Shown here: in pieces, positions 7,128-17,159 of the stretch | Numbering within the stretch: position 1 is the stretch's first letter | How the letters are laid out: the number at the start of each line of letters is the position of its first letter | Source: an uncultured Methanosarcinales archaeon | Lineage (GTDB): Archaea; Nanobdellota; Nanobdellia; Woesearchaeales; GW2011-AR15 | Direction of reading: 5' to 3' | Length of the DNA stretch: 64,000 nt | Assembly (NCBI GenBank): GCA_964512765.1 | Contig: CAZEKF010000005.1 | Location: 6,414 to 70,413 of the forward strand | The notes under the pieces: model-generated | Database searches by the model: none | What the model was told of the DNA's origin: nothing | The model's input: the letters and a program-made list of their open reading frames with translations, nothing else | Program-made: the position numbers and the translations under genes

Positions 7128-8093
7128 TTAAGTCATAGTAGTAAGGTATGTCTGGTGTGGTGCTCTTTCAACTAAAACTCTCGCTCCCATAAAATTATTA
7201 ATATCTAATTGTACTTTATTTTCCAGGTTAAGGTTAGTAAACGTATTGTCAACAGACCTAAAATTAACAACTCCGTATCTAAAATCATCTTCAGAGTGTA
7301 TTAGCTCATTATCAGAATATGTGTTTTTAGATGAATCTTCAATCATAATAAGCCCGTCAAATCCAACTTCACCTACAATGGAATTAGAGTTTATAACATT
7401 TGACTCTGATTCATATAAATAAACTCCCACTCCACCATAATCACCTGTGTCAATTTCATTATTAGAGATTGTATTTCGTTGAGAAGATTCTAGCAAAACT
7501 GCTACATCGTAATTCCCAATGCGTAAGAAAATTTCATTAGAATCAATTAGATTATCTGACCCTTGAACATATATTGGATCTCCTAGAAATGGCGCAATAT
7601 AATTGTTTTGTATTGTGTTTGAGTTAGAGTTAGTGAGATAAATTGATGTTCCGCGTACATGTTGGTTATAGTACCTACTACTATCTCCTAATGTTCTTAT
7701 TCTCTGGAGAGGACCAGTCCAAGTAGTATTAATCATTGTATTATCTTCAATAACTGAATTTCTCATACCGTCTGCTCTGACAGCATATTGAAAACCTTTT
7801 ATTCCACCGAAATTCTTGATAACTATGTTATCATAACCACCAAGATTGGATATACCTGCACCTGTTTTGTTTTTTGGGGCTAAAAGATACCCGTCGCGGT
7901 TTGGACCGTATATTGTAAACCCGTTACCGTCAATTGTTACTCCACGTTTTGCAACAATAAAACAATCTCCTTCTGTAACAATATCTTGCGTTAGGACGAT
8001 ATCTTGTTTTACTTCGCCACATTCAGATACTTCAACAGAATGAACAAACATTACACATAACAAACTTACCAGTAAAATTACTCTTTTTTTCAT
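7128..8093 (-). CDS. secreted parallel beta-helix repeat protein (paralogous to the N-terminal part of 4234-7107)
   Basis: Signal-like N-terminus MKKRVILLVSLLCVMFVHS. CGEVKQDIVLTQDIVTEGDCFIV...VTIDGNGFTIYG matches CGTVTQNIVLQNDIVTSGICLTV...ITIDGNGYSI in the next gene. Confidence 0.6.
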   Translation of the reverse strand: MKKRVILLVSLLCVMFVHSVEVSECGEVKQDIVLTQDIVTEGDCFIVAKRGVTIDGNGFTIYGPNRDGYLLAPKNKTGAGISNLGGYDNIVIKNFGGIKGFQYAVRADGMRNSVIEDNTMINTTWTGPLQRIRTLGDSSRYYNQHVRGTSIYLTNSNSNTIQNNYIAPFLGDPIYVQGSDNLIDSNEIFLRIGNYDVAVLLESSQRNTISNNEIDTGDYGGVGVYLYESESNVINSNSIVGEVGFDGLIMIEDSSKNTYSDNELIHSEDDFRYGVVNFRSVDNTFTNLNLENKVQLDINNFMGARVLVERAPHQTYLTTMT

Positions 8094-8173
8094 TTTAAGT
8101 TTAACCTTAGTTTATTGAGTATAAATACTTTTCTGGAAACTATATAAAGAACATTGAGTTACTTTGTGGAATA

Positions 8174-9157
8174 ATGAAGGTATTTGTTAGATGTACTACT
8201 GGATTGGAAAAGTTTGTAGTTACAGAACTTGAGAAGATTACTAAATTAGAGAATGTTCAAGTATTTGATGGAATCGTTGTGTTTGAATGCAATGAAAACA
8301 TGGATATATTATTACAAATAAAAATAGTTGATGAGTTTCTTATTTTTGTAAAGAAACTAGCAGGTATTTCAAGGTATAGAACTACATTAAAAAATATTAG
8401 ACAACAAGTCAAAAAGTCAAATTTTAGAAAACTTGACAAAAATATTAAAACGCTTTCTGTTAAAACAAGTTATTCAGGTAGAAGGGACTACACTGCTGGA
8501 GAGGTTAATGAAACTGTTGCAGAAGGTATAGTCAAAAAATATGGTTGGAAACTAGTTGAAAACAATGCAGATATTAAGATTAATGTTATTTTAAAACCTG
8601 ACATTTCTTTAGTTGGACTGAATCTTACAAGAGAAAGCAAATACAAAACAGTACCTGGATCATTGAAAAGATCTGTTGCTAATGTTATGATCAAGTTAGC
8701 TAATCTTAAGAAAAAAGACGTTGTTCTTGATCCAATGTGTGGTTCTGGTATAATTCCCATTGAAGCTTCATTAATTGGAGCAAAAGCAATTGGAGGAGAT
8801 ATTGATAAAAAAAGGGTTGAACTAGCTAAAGAAAATAATAAAATCATGAAAACTAAAGTTGAGTTCAAGCTATGGGATGCTTTAGATTCTAAATTATCAG
8901 ATAATTCTATTGATAAAATCGTTTGTAACCTTCCTTTCGGTAAACAAGTTAAGATCAAAGACCAAACAATATTTTTTGACAAGTTCATTAATGAAATGTT
9001 AAGAATTTCTAAAAAAGGTTTTACCTGGGCTTTTCTTACAACATCCGGAGACATTATCAAGAAAACCATTGAAAAACATAATTTGAAATTAAAAAAAGTC
9101 ATCAAAATCATTAATTCTGGTCTTGAATCAGAAATATTAGTCATAAATAGGCAGTAA
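8174..9157 (+). CDS. THUMP-domain class I SAM-dependent RNA (tRNA guanine-N2, Trm14/Trm11-like) methyltransferase
   Basis: THUMP-like N-terminal half. SAM motif I DPMCGSGIIPIEA. Catalytic NLPFG motif. Confidence 0.65.
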   Translation: MKVFVRCTTGLEKFVVTELEKITKLENVQVFDGIVVFECNENMDILLQIKIVDEFLIFVKKLAGISRYRTTLKNIRQQVKKSNFRKLDKNIKTLSVKTSYSGRRDYTAGEVNETVAEGIVKKYGWKLVENNADIKINVILKPDISLVGLNLTRESKYKTVPGSLKRSVANVMIKLANLKKKDVVLDPMCGSGIIPIEASLIGAKAIGGDIDKKRVELAKENNKIMKTKVEFKLWDALDSKLSDNSIDKIVCNLPFGKQVKIKDQTIFFDKFINEMLRISKKGFTWAFLTTSGDIIKKTIEKHNLKLKKVIKIINSGLESEILVINRQ

Positions 9158-9187
9158 TATATATTCTAGCTAGGTTCTTTATTAATT

Positions 9188-9934
9188 ATGGTAAACTTTT
9201 GGAAGCTAGTTAATGAAGTCATCACAGATGCAGACATACTATTGTTAGTTTTAGATTCAAGGTTTCCTGATCTAACCAGAAATAAAGAAATTGAGTATAA
9301 AATTAAGGAAAAAGAAAAAAAACTGATTTATGTGTTTAACAAGTGTGATCTTACACCTGAAAAAGATCTACATGAACTTGGAAAAAAACTTAGTCCAAGT
9401 GTGTTTGTTTCAAGTAAAAAAAAATTCGGCGGAACTTTGTTATTTAAAGAGATTATGAAACTTTCTAAAGGCAGTCGTTGTGTAGTTGGTGTTCTAGGAT
9501 TTCCAAATGTTGGTAAGAGTTCTGTTATTAATTTGTTAAAAGGCAAAAAATCTGCTTCTGTTAGCAGTTATTCTGGTCATACACGAGGAAAACAGTTTAT
9601 TAGTGCAAAAGGAAAGATTAAATTAATAGACACACCTGGTGTGTTGCAGTTTAAAGAAAAAGATATAATGAACCAGGTTTTAATTGGTTCAATTAACCCG
9701 CAGCATGTTAAAGAACCAGATTATTTTGCAATGCAGTTAGTTGATAAATACCCCAAACTGTTTGAAAAATATTACAAAGACAAGATTGACACTGATGGTT
9801 ACGAGTTCTTAGAAAAGGTTGCTCTTAGGATGAATGTTCTTAAAAAAGGCGGTCAGCCAGATTTAATGCGGTTTTGTAGAAAATTGTTACAGGATTGGCA
9901 GAAAGGACGGATACATGAAGAATTCTTGAAATAA
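9188..9934 (+). CDS. circularly permuted ribosome-biogenesis GTPase (YlqF/RbgA/MJ1464 family)
   Basis: G-motif order is G4 (NKCD), then G1 (GFPNVGKSS), then G3 (DTPG), which is typical of cpGTPases. Confidence 0.75.
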   Translation: MVNFWKLVNEVITDADILLLVLDSRFPDLTRNKEIEYKIKEKEKKLIYVFNKCDLTPEKDLHELGKKLSPSVFVSSKKKFGGTLLFKEIMKLSKGSRCVVGVLGFPNVGKSSVINLLKGKKSASVSSYSGHTRGKQFISAKGKIKLIDTPGVLQFKEKDIMNQVLIGSINPQHVKEPDYFAMQLVDKYPKLFEKYYKDKIDTDGYEFLEKVALRMNVLKKGGQPDLMRFCRKLLQDWQKGRIHEEFLK

Positions 9935-9938
9935 AAAA

Positions 9939-10078
9939 AGCGAGAGGAGAGACTCGAACTCTCGAATAGTTGGGATCTGCTGGTTATCATCGCATTTCTG
10001 CTCATCATCCCAGACTTTTGCAGCCAACCGCATACTATGTCTTTTAGATAGACATCTTAGCCGCTTGGCGACTCTCGC
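9939..10078 (-). tRNA. tRNA-Cys(GCA) with two introns (24 nt in the D-arm at ~10032-10055, and 43 nt at 37/38 at ~9975-10017)
   Basis: GCGAGAG TC GCCAAGCGGCTAAG[24]GC G GTTGG CTGCAA[43]C CCAAC TATTC GAGAG TTCGAGT CTCTC CTCTCGC U. Discriminator U73 fits Cys identity. Confidence 0.8.
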
Positions 10079-10125
10079 GTGGATAATTCTAAGTGAAAAT
10101 TGACATATTTATAAAAGTTTACTCT

Positions 10126-10599
10126 CTATTTAGGAAAATTATTCAGAATTTCAACATTATGTTTCATAGAATAATTCTCTGCAGCTGCTGTAAACACATG
10201 ATGTTTGTCTTTTGTTAAGATGTTACCGTGAACTTTTAAAGCAGCAACAAACATGACTGCGTCGCTTGGATCATTAATTATTTCAAGAACTTTATTATCA
10301 TACTTCTGTACATATTCTTTTTCAGCTTGTATATTACCTGGTGAGACACTTACAGGCAAGTTTGACATTATGTTCAGTTTAAGAAAATCTCTAAGGTGGT
10401 GTATTGTATGGCCTTTGAACTTGTGATGTATGTAATCCAATTCTTCAAGGTTAAAACTTGTCATGCCAACTTTATTATTTTTACAGAAATTAACTAAAGT
10501 TTTGATCTTATCTTTCCTGAACACGTAATACATGAAACAAGTGTCAAGTAAATAATCAACATTATCTGTTTTTGGTAAATTGTCAATGAGTTGTTTCAT
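10126..10599 (-). CDS. PIN-domain nuclease
   Basis: The acidic PIN residues appear in order (LLDTCF, NLEELD, DPSDAVMFVAA, TKDKHH). I start at M25 of the track ORF because the first 24 codons overlap tRNA-Arg. Confidence 0.6.
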   Translation of the reverse strand: MKQLIDNLPKTDNVDYLLDTCFMYYVFRKDKIKTLVNFCKNNKVGMTSFNLEELDYIHHKFKGHTIHHLRDFLKLNIMSNLPVSVSPGNIQAEKEYVQKYDNKVLEIINDPSDAVMFVAALKVHGNILTKDKHHVFTAAAENYSMKHNVEILNNFPK

Positions 10600-10616
10600 T
10601 TTATCATAAAGAAAAG

Positions 10617-10711
10617 TGGGCCAGGGAAGATTTGAACTCCCGACCTTTAGCTTAGAAGGCTTACGGAACACATTGTGTTATACCGCTCTATCCAAGCTGA
10701 GCTACTGGCCC
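10617..10711 (-). tRNA. tRNA-Arg(UCU) with a 20-nt intron inside the 5' strand of the anticodon stem (~10661-10680)
   Basis: GGGCCAG TA GCTC AGCTTGGATA GAGC G GTA[20]GC CTTCTAA GCTAA AGGTC GGGAG TTCAAAT CTTCC CTGGCCC A. The intron is flanked by GCGG-TAT-AACAC...GTGTT-CCGT-AAG (4-bp helix with 3-nt bulges). One 27:43 G.A mismatch remains in the mature stem. Confidence 0.75.
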
Positions 10712-10763
10712 ATATTCTATTCAGAAGTTATAAATTGTTTTTAAATGTTTATGTTTATTCTAA

Positions 10764-11903
10764 TTAAACACAGTAAGCTTTTAAGTCAAAAACAAAATCG
10801 ATGAATTCTTTATCTTTAATTGGAGTTATATCATTAACTCTAAACTCTGTAATGTTTTCTTTAATCTCGTCAAGAGGAATTGAAGCAATTTTTGCTAGTT
10901 TAATCAAGAATTCAATGTTTATATAACTCTTATTGTTAGTGTTGAATTTGTGTAAGCTGGGAGGATTCCAACCAACTAGATATGATAATAACCTCTGACT
11001 GAAGTAACTGATGTTAAGAAGTCGAGTTTTCATACTTGATTTGATTGAACAACTAAATTTAGTAATTTTTGTTTTATTTAAAAACTGGAATTCTTTTCTA
11101 ATACTTCTTGAAAATAAGTTTATCTTCCAACATTTATGATAGTTTTTCCAGCCTGTGGTTCTAACAATCAAAGAACCTTTAGATTGTCTTTTGAATGTTG
11201 TAAAAGAAATATTTTCTTTTTTCAAAGATTTTTTAATGAGACTTGCCAATTTATCCTCATGATGTCCTAAACAAAAGTTAATACATACAATGTAGTTCAT
11301 CTGATAATTCACTGCAATATTTCCTTCTGCAGCAAATATCCCTCTTAAGAATGCTCTCCTCAACTCACTATCTTCTAAAAAATCTCCATGAAGAACTATA
11401 TCAATTATTTTTCCGAAAAGAGTTCTTAATATTATCCCAGTAATTTGAGTTTCACAGGATTCATTTTTAGTGCGCTGTGTGATTTGAATTTTTAGCTTAG
11501 ATAATGGCACATTTAGTGCTGTTGACCATTTTTTCAAGATATTCATATTGAATTCTTTAAAGCGTATTGATATTGTTGTATCACTCAAAGATATGTTAAA
11601 TCTATTTAAGAAAAAATCTAAGATAAATCTAGACATATCCATGTCAATTGAAGAAAATCCCAAATGTACTTGATCTTTACTTAGTTTACCGTCTCCTAAA
11701 TACATTCCAATTGCTTCCATAAATTCTTTGTCAATAACAAGCTTATTTGGAAAAATAAATGGTTTTGGTTGGCTCCCACGTCCTTTATTAACATAATAGA
11801 TTTTAACATGAGTGTTATTTACTTTTTTTGTGATCCAACTCTCTGGACATAATTCTACAAGATTGATTTTTTCTAAACTTTTTAATTGATTTTTTGTTTT
11901 CAT
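10764..11903 (-). CDS. LAGLIDADG-type endonuclease-like protein with a C-terminal extension
   Basis: Motifs AIGMYLGDGKLS and FLRGIFAAEGNIAV. GGTGAT RBS before ATG 11903. About 150 extra C-terminal residues of unknown function. Confidence 0.6.
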   Translation of the reverse strand: MKTKNQLKSLEKINLVELCPESWITKKVNNTHVKIYYVNKGRGSQPKPFIFPNKLVIDKEFMEAIGMYLGDGKLSKDQVHLGFSSIDMDMSRFILDFFLNRFNISLSDTTISIRFKEFNMNILKKWSTALNVPLSKLKIQITQRTKNESCETQITGIILRTLFGKIIDIVLHGDFLEDSELRRAFLRGIFAAEGNIAVNYQMNYIVCINFCLGHHEDKLASLIKKSLKKENISFTTFKRQSKGSLIVRTTGWKNYHKCWKINLFSRSIRKEFQFLNKTKITKFSCSIKSSMKTRLLNISYFSQRLLSYLVGWNPPSLHKFNTNNKSYINIEFLIKLAKIASIPLDEIKENITEFRVNDITPIKDKEFIDFVFDLKAYCV

Positions 11904-12032
11904 TTCAAATCACCAATTTTTTTTATGTGAGTTTCCATAAATGATTTCAAGTTAAAATAACTAAAATTATAATTCGGTTAATGAACTTCCAGTTAGGTGA
12001 TTTTAGTATATGTAAACAAAAACAATAAAGTG

Positions 12033-12126
12033 TTTATAAACTTCACACAGAAATGTCCAGTGTGTCCAGTGGACAAAAAAAACATAAAATAAGACGAGAA
12101 TTATTGAATATAAAGGTGTCCAGTGG
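12033..12126 (-). promoter_or_regulatory. CACTGGACA-box promoter module, locus 2 (upstream of LAGLIDADG-like gene 10764-11903)
   Basis: The minus strand reads CCACTGGACACC (12117-12126 region), then GTCCACTGGACACACTGGACATTT (12051-12074). After a 13-nt gap comes TTTATAAA (12033-12040). Confidence 0.55.
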
Positions 12127-12130
12127 AAAG

Positions 12131-13219
12131 TTAAGGTAACCAAGTTTTGGGATCACTTAATTTCTCAGGTAAATATTTATCAATGACATAATTTAATCCC
12201 CAGCGAGCTAACGATTGCTGCTCTGATCTTTTCTTCATTTTAGCCATTTCTATTAGAGCTTTTTGCCAGGGTTTATGTGCTTTGACAAAGGGATCATTTT
12301 TCAAGCCATCTTTAATTCTTTTAATATCTATGTCCTTTAAAGGATGAGTAGGTAATTTGTACTTAATGACATCCTGAGGAGTTATCCCTATGTATTTAGC
12401 TTGAGGAACACAAAAATATTTATTAATGTGCGCAGCATTTCCACTTCCAACTTTTAAAGTACGGTAGATATTTAACATCCCGTAGGGATCATTGTCCACA
12501 AATACATACACAGGTAATTTATGTTCATCACTTAATCTTCTGATAAACCTTCTACAAGCTCTAGTTGGCACACCACCCATTGCAATTAAAATACATTTAG
12601 CTTTTTTCCAGTACGAATGTTTTTGCAATCTTTGAAACATACCTGTTGTTTCAATTGCTAAAATAAACTTAGCATCTGTTTCAAATTTAAGATGTTCAAC
12701 AGAAGTTGGCACAGAATACGCACCAGATCCAAACTTTGTACAGTTTATCCGTATTTCTTTACCTGTTTGAGGATCTTTATCAATAACAATTAGTTTACCA
12801 GCAACGTCACCGCCTTTTTCTTCAGGTATAAATCCTAATTGTTCTCTGTTGACCATGAACATTGCTTCAACATCGTCCATGACTGTGTCTGATTCGTGCT
12901 GTTCTTTAAACCGTGCATCGCCCCAGTTCTTGCTAACGTAGTATGTTTCTCTTTTAGTTGCAATATCCTTTTGCTCAACAATCTCTTTAGAAAATGCCAT
13001 CATTTTCAGTGTCTGTGCAAAAGTTTTAACTGTACTAGCTGTTAAAGTTCTTTGTTTAAACTTACTATTTAATTTAAAATATCCTTGTGCTTCGTCATAC
13101 GTAACATTACTCAATGATCTAAGAGGCATAGTAATTTCTGGCTTAATTTCTTTAACAATATCTGTGTAGATGTTAGTACTAAGTCTTTTAATTTTGTCTG
13201 GAACAGTTTCTTCAGCCAT
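12131..13219 (-). CDS. top6A: DNA topoisomerase VI subunit A (Spo11 homologue)
   Basis: Spo11/Top6A-type sequence with a Toprim region (ILAIETTGMF, VFVDNDPYG). It lies immediately downstream of top6B. Confidence 0.9.
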   Translation of the reverse strand: MAEETVPDKIKRLSTNIYTDIVKEIKPEITMPLRSLSNVTYDEAQGYFKLNSKFKQRTLTASTVKTFAQTLKMMAFSKEIVEQKDIATKRETYYVSKNWGDARFKEQHESDTVMDDVEAMFMVNREQLGFIPEEKGGDVAGKLIVIDKDPQTGKEIRINCTKFGSGAYSVPTSVEHLKFETDAKFILAIETTGMFQRLQKHSYWKKAKCILIAMGGVPTRACRRFIRRLSDEHKLPVYVFVDNDPYGMLNIYRTLKVGSGNAAHINKYFCVPQAKYIGITPQDVIKYKLPTHPLKDIDIKRIKDGLKNDPFVKAHKPWQKALIEMAKMKKRSEQQSLARWGLNYVIDKYLPEKLSDPKTWLP

Positions 13220-13221
13220 TT

Positions 13222-15015
13222 TTACACATCTCCTTCCGTACTATCAACTGCAGGTGCAGAGTCATCATCTAAATTCTCATCAATTTCATCATCCAACCCT
13301 TCAATCTTATCAAGTTCACTGTCTTCTCTGACACGTTTAGGACCAAAGTCTCGCTTTAATTCATCTAATTCTTCCTTTTTAATTGTCCTAGTTTGTTCCA
13401 AAACAACGCTTAAATGTTCTTCTAATCTTGCTTTTTCTGTTTCTTCTAATTTTAATATTTCCTGTAGTGCTCCAGATACATGAGGTAAATACTTTGAAAT
13501 GTAATCTACTTTGCCTAATTCTTTTTTCAAACGTTTTTTCTTACCAAGATATTTGCCTAGTTCACGACCAACTTCTTGTATTGCTAAACGAATTTCTTTC
13601 ATAATTTCTGGATAATGTGCCAATGCTTCTTTTGCTTCACTTGTAAACGGTACCCAGACAGAGCCCATGTGAATAATAAGAATGCAAGGTCCCACAGGAA
13701 TACTATTATTAGACTGCCTTAAACCATATGAACGCCAGTTAGTTTTACATATAGATTTTGTGATTGCACATGATCCTTGCTGGTATAATAATGGCACTCT
13801 GTTTGCAAACCTGTTAATTTCTATGCTTTTATCAGCTTCCATGTTACCTCCGTATGCTATAGCAGCTTCTATTTGGAAAGGATTACCACGGTATACAGAA
13901 GGAGGTCTTGTTGTAGACGTATAGAATTCAGCATTTACTTCTTTTTTAAGGCCCTTTTCAATTAATTCTTTTCCTATTGGAGAAATACAGTCTGTTGGGG
14001 GGTTAATAATTTTAGTTTGTTTAATACCGTTCATCAATTGTTCAGCCAAGTCCCTTGAAACTTTTTTTGGTTTTGTAGAAGGTAATATTGCTGCATTTTC
14101 ACAAATCATTTTAGCAGTTCCGCTACCAACTCTACTGAACTCATTTGTTAAGAAAGCCTGCAATGTTCTATACTCAGTATAACGCAACATTTTCATTAAC
14201 CTGCCAAGTTCAACACCGTACGGATGCGGTTTAATTTCTCTTGGTTCTCTTGGCATTTCTTCAGTTGCCCTAACAAACATTATTTGTGACCCTTTTGGTG
14301 GCTGGTAAATAATAGTTACGTGTGGGTTAATTATTGCAGTTTGTTTAATATATTCATCAACACTTTGCCTTCCACCCACATGATAACCTTCAAGATCAAT
14401 CTCAACTCTTGTACCGTGCGGTTTATGCCATTCAACTTCTTTTTTAGATAATATCAAAGGTTTATTCTTAACTGTGTCAAGTTTAAGTTCTATCCTATTT
14501 GCTGGGTGGTTAGGACCTATTTTAGAAACAATAACTGCAGGTCTACCAGTTGTTAACTGTCCATACATTACACTTGCACTAATACCTATACCTTGTTGTC
14601 CTCTGCTCTGTTTCATTGTATGGAACTTACTTCCGTAAAGCAATTTTGCAAAGATTTTTGGCAACTGTGCTTTAACAATACCTGGACCATTATCTTCAAC
14701 CGCTATTCTGTAACGATCATTACCCATGTCTGTTATTTCAACAATTAGTTCTGGTAGAACACCTGCTTCCTCACACGCATCCAATGAATTATCAACTGCT
14801 TCTTTAATAGTTGTCAGTAAAGCTTTTTTTTTATTATCAAAACCTAATAAATGCCGGTTTTTTTCAAAAAATTCTGCTACAGAAATTTCTCTTTGTTTTT
14901 TTGCTAGTTCCATAGCAATTGGGTTTTTTTTAACAGGTTGTTCAGTCATTTTTTCTTCTGGTTTTGATGCGGGTTTTGAATCATTAAAAGAATCATTGTC
15001 CAATGTTTTCTGCAT
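13222..15015 (-). CDS. top6B: DNA topoisomerase VI subunit B (GHKL ATPase)
   Basis: Bergerat-fold motifs ([23 protein letters not shown]) followed by a transducer domain. The stop is 2 nt before the top6A start. Confidence 0.9.
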   Translation of the reverse strand: MQKTLDNDSFNDSKPASKPEEKMTEQPVKKNPIAMELAKKQREISVAEFFEKNRHLLGFDNKKKALLTTIKEAVDNSLDACEEAGVLPELIVEITDMGNDRYRIAVEDNGPGIVKAQLPKIFAKLLYGSKFHTMKQSRGQQGIGISASVMYGQLTTGRPAVIVSKIGPNHPANRIELKLDTVKNKPLILSKKEVEWHKPHGTRVEIDLEGYHVGGRQSVDEYIKQTAIINPHVTIIYQPPKGSQIMFVRATEEMPREPREIKPHPYGVELGRLMKMLRYTEYRTLQAFLTNEFSRVGSGTAKMICENAAILPSTKPKKVSRDLAEQLMNGIKQTKIINPPTDCISPIGKELIEKGLKKEVNAEFYTSTTRPPSVYRGNPFQIEAAIAYGGNMEADKSIEINRFANRVPLLYQQGSCAITKSICKTNWRSYGLRQSNNSIPVGPCILIIHMGSVWVPFTSEAKEALAHYPEIMKEIRLAIQEVGRELGKYLGKKKRLKKELGKVDYISKYLPHVSGALQEILKLEETEKARLEEHLSVVLEQTRTIKKEELDELKRDFGPKRVREDSELDKIEGLDDEIDENLDDDSAPAVDSTEGDV

Positions 15016-15103
15016 AATCTTATCAAAAAAATAGACGTATATAAAGATTGTTGTTACAAAAAATAAAGTTTGATTTTTATATAAGATATTTTTCTGATAT
15101 TTA

Positions 15104-15850
15104 ATGATAGATATTATTAGTATGCCTTTAGAACAGTTAGCTCTAATTGAGGATGAGTTTGTTAATGAATTAGAAAAAGATGAACTAGAAGAGTTATTTC
15201 AAAGATATGACAAAGTAGAAATTTATGGAGGTAATGAACTAGAACAATTCGAAAAATTGGTTGGACATTCTCCATTAGGTGTTAGAAAATATTTAGAACA
15301 TTGTGTAAAGGTATATTTTAAAGAGTTAGCTAAACCTGACGATGGGATGAGAATAAATGAAAGAATAATTAAACTGTATAAGTTTGATGATTTTAGACAT
15401 TCTGTGTTTGATAACTTTAGTGCAAGGTTGCCGAACCAGTTGTACAGGTGGTGGGCCATGAAAGATGTGTCACAACCTTATGAATTAGATCCTGAGGACG
15501 TTGTCCCTGTGTTTTTGAGTATCAATGAAACATTATACCCTGGTAGAGAATATGCTAACACTGTTGATATTCTATTTCCAGCTCCAAATTATACCTCTAT
15601 AAATCCAGATTTTCAAAATCTAATAACTGTTGTAGAATCCTGTGGGGAAGAATATTGGAGGCACAATGCAAGAGAAAGAAGTCCTGGTCAATACGGACGA
15701 TCGGTTGATGATATTTTAACAAAATGGAGATATGAATTTGAAGACACGTATAGGTATCCTGAAGAATATTTACAGTATCTTGTTGAACAAACACATTTAT
15801 TTATGCTACTTCTAAAGCAAGGTTATGAACGTAACAGACTTACCAACTAA
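15104..15850 (+). CDS. hypothetical acidic protein
   Basis: Intact 248-aa ORF divergent from top6B. No family recognised. Confidence 0.45.
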   Translation: MIDIISMPLEQLALIEDEFVNELEKDELEELFQRYDKVEIYGGNELEQFEKLVGHSPLGVRKYLEHCVKVYFKELAKPDDGMRINERIIKLYKFDDFRHSVFDNFSARLPNQLYRWWAMKDVSQPYELDPEDVVPVFLSINETLYPGREYANTVDILFPAPNYTSINPDFQNLITVVESCGEEYWRHNARERSPGQYGRSVDDILTKWRYEFEDTYRYPEEYLQYLVEQTHLFMLLLKQGYERNRLTN

Positions 15851-15936
15851 TTATTTAACAATTAAACATAGTATTTATAAACAACTATTAAATATTCTTT
15901 TTAAATATTAAAAAACAAGTTTAAAGGTGAAAAACT

Positions 15937-16581
15937 ATGAAAAACATTGTAATTGCTCCAATGGGAGATAACATGGACGCGTTGTTTGTTGGTATTAAAG
16001 AGTTTCCAACTGAAAAAATAATATTAATTGCTCCAGACAGGTATAAAAATGAAGCAGACTCTATTGTTAATGATCTTGAACGGTTTAAGATACCTGCACA
16101 TATTATGCATGTAAAAGGTGAGACTGAAGTTGAGATTTGGGAAGAAACATTTATGGCAATTTCAAAAACAAGAAATTCTGAAGAAAATGCTCATATTTTA
16201 GTGAATGTTGCTACAGGTGACAGAACATCACGATGTGCAGCCACATCTGCTGCTTTTGTGAACGGGTTAAAAGCATTTGCAACTGATAAAGAAAAAGCAA
16301 TGATGCTTCCTGTTATGAAGTTTGATTATTATAAAATAATTTCTGATAAGAAGATGGTTTTACTGAAAATATTACACGATAACGATTGTTGCTCTTCACT
16401 GGACGAACTTAGTAAGAAATCAAAGATGAGCCTACCATTAATTTCATACCATGTTAACGGTAACTTAAAATCTGAAGGATTAAAAGATATGGGACTTATT
16501 GAAACTGTTGAAAATAAAGGCAGAATCTCAGTTGAGTTAAGTCCGTTAGGTAGAATGATTGTTAGAGGCTACATTAAATAG
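15937..16581 (+). CDS. Csa3/HFX_2341-like regulator: CARF-like Rossmann N-domain plus C-terminal winged HTH
   Basis: The N-terminus MKNIVIAPMGDN...KIILIAP...LVNVATGDRTSRCAATSAA resembles CARF/DUF6293 domains. The C-terminal LLKILHDN...SLDELSKKSKMSLPLISYHVN...L is wHTH-like. AGGTGA RBS. Confidence 0.5.
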   Translation: MKNIVIAPMGDNMDALFVGIKEFPTEKIILIAPDRYKNEADSIVNDLERFKIPAHIMHVKGETEVEIWEETFMAISKTRNSEENAHILVNVATGDRTSRCAATSAAFVNGLKAFATDKEKAMMLPVMKFDYYKIISDKKMVLLKILHDNDCCSSLDELSKKSKMSLPLISYHVNGNLKSEGLKDMGLIETVENKGRISVELSPLGRMIVRGYIK

Positions 16582-16628
16582 TATTAAAACGAAAGATATT
16601 TATTACCTTTTCTTTAAAATATAAGTTA

Positions 16629-17105
16629 ATGACAAAGAAAACAGAATATAAGCTTAAACCAAAATGGATTAATGCATTTGTTCCTGAATTACTTAAAAAT
16701 ATGCTTTATGCTGCAATAATGGTAGTACCATTATATGTGCTTTACACTTTAATGAATTCAATACAGGTAATTTTAATCCAATTAAATAAAACGCATTTCT
16801 TAATAGCATATGCTGCATTATCCTTACTTCCTTCATTTTTTGTGTCTTTAAAGTTACATTTCACAACATATTATTTTCATGACGATCATGTTATCTCTGA
16901 GATAAAATTTCTGTCTATAAAACGCCATTCTTTGCCTTATAGTAAAATAACAAACATAACTTCTAACATATCTATCTGGGACAGAATATGTAATGCTGGT
17001 GATCTCGTATTATACACTGCTGAAGATAAAGCACCTGATTTGAAATTAAAGCATATTGCTGATCCGGAAAAAATTGAAAAACATATTTTTTCTTTGATAA
17101 AATAA
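16629..17105 (+). CDS. membrane protein with bacterial PH-like (bPH_2/YdbS-type) domain
   Basis: Two N-terminal TM helices, then LPYSKITNITSNISIWDRICNAGDLVLYT, typical of the bPH_2 fold. Confidence 0.55.
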   Translation: MTKKTEYKLKPKWINAFVPELLKNMLYAAIMVVPLYVLYTLMNSIQVILIQLNKTHFLIAYAALSLLPSFFVSLKLHFTTYYFHDDHVISEIKFLSIKRHSLPYSKITNITSNISIWDRICNAGDLVLYTAEDKAPDLKLKHIADPEKIEKHIFSLIK

Positions 17106-17159
17106 CTACCACTTATTAATTTCCTAGAAAACTTTTTTATTTTCTGGGTTTTAAAAAAT

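Noticed and set aside
9975-10017. Canonical box C/D guide RNA inside the tRNA-Cys intron
   Set aside because: AUGAUGA and GAUGAUA are present, but only 11 nt separate them. There is no CUGA D or D' box and no room for 10-12-nt guides. It is kept only as a K-turn-like structure.
10661-10670. Recurring CCGTAAG/CTTACGG strings (10661, 19846, 23560, 23601, 24717) as a dispersed repeat
   Set aside because: They are short (7-9 nt) and best explained as independent C-GUAA-G tetraloop hairpins or chance matches. The flanks are not alignable.
10600-10671. First 24 codons of track ORF 10126-10671
   Set aside because: They overlap tRNA-Arg(UCU). The PIN domain begins at the internal Met (10599).
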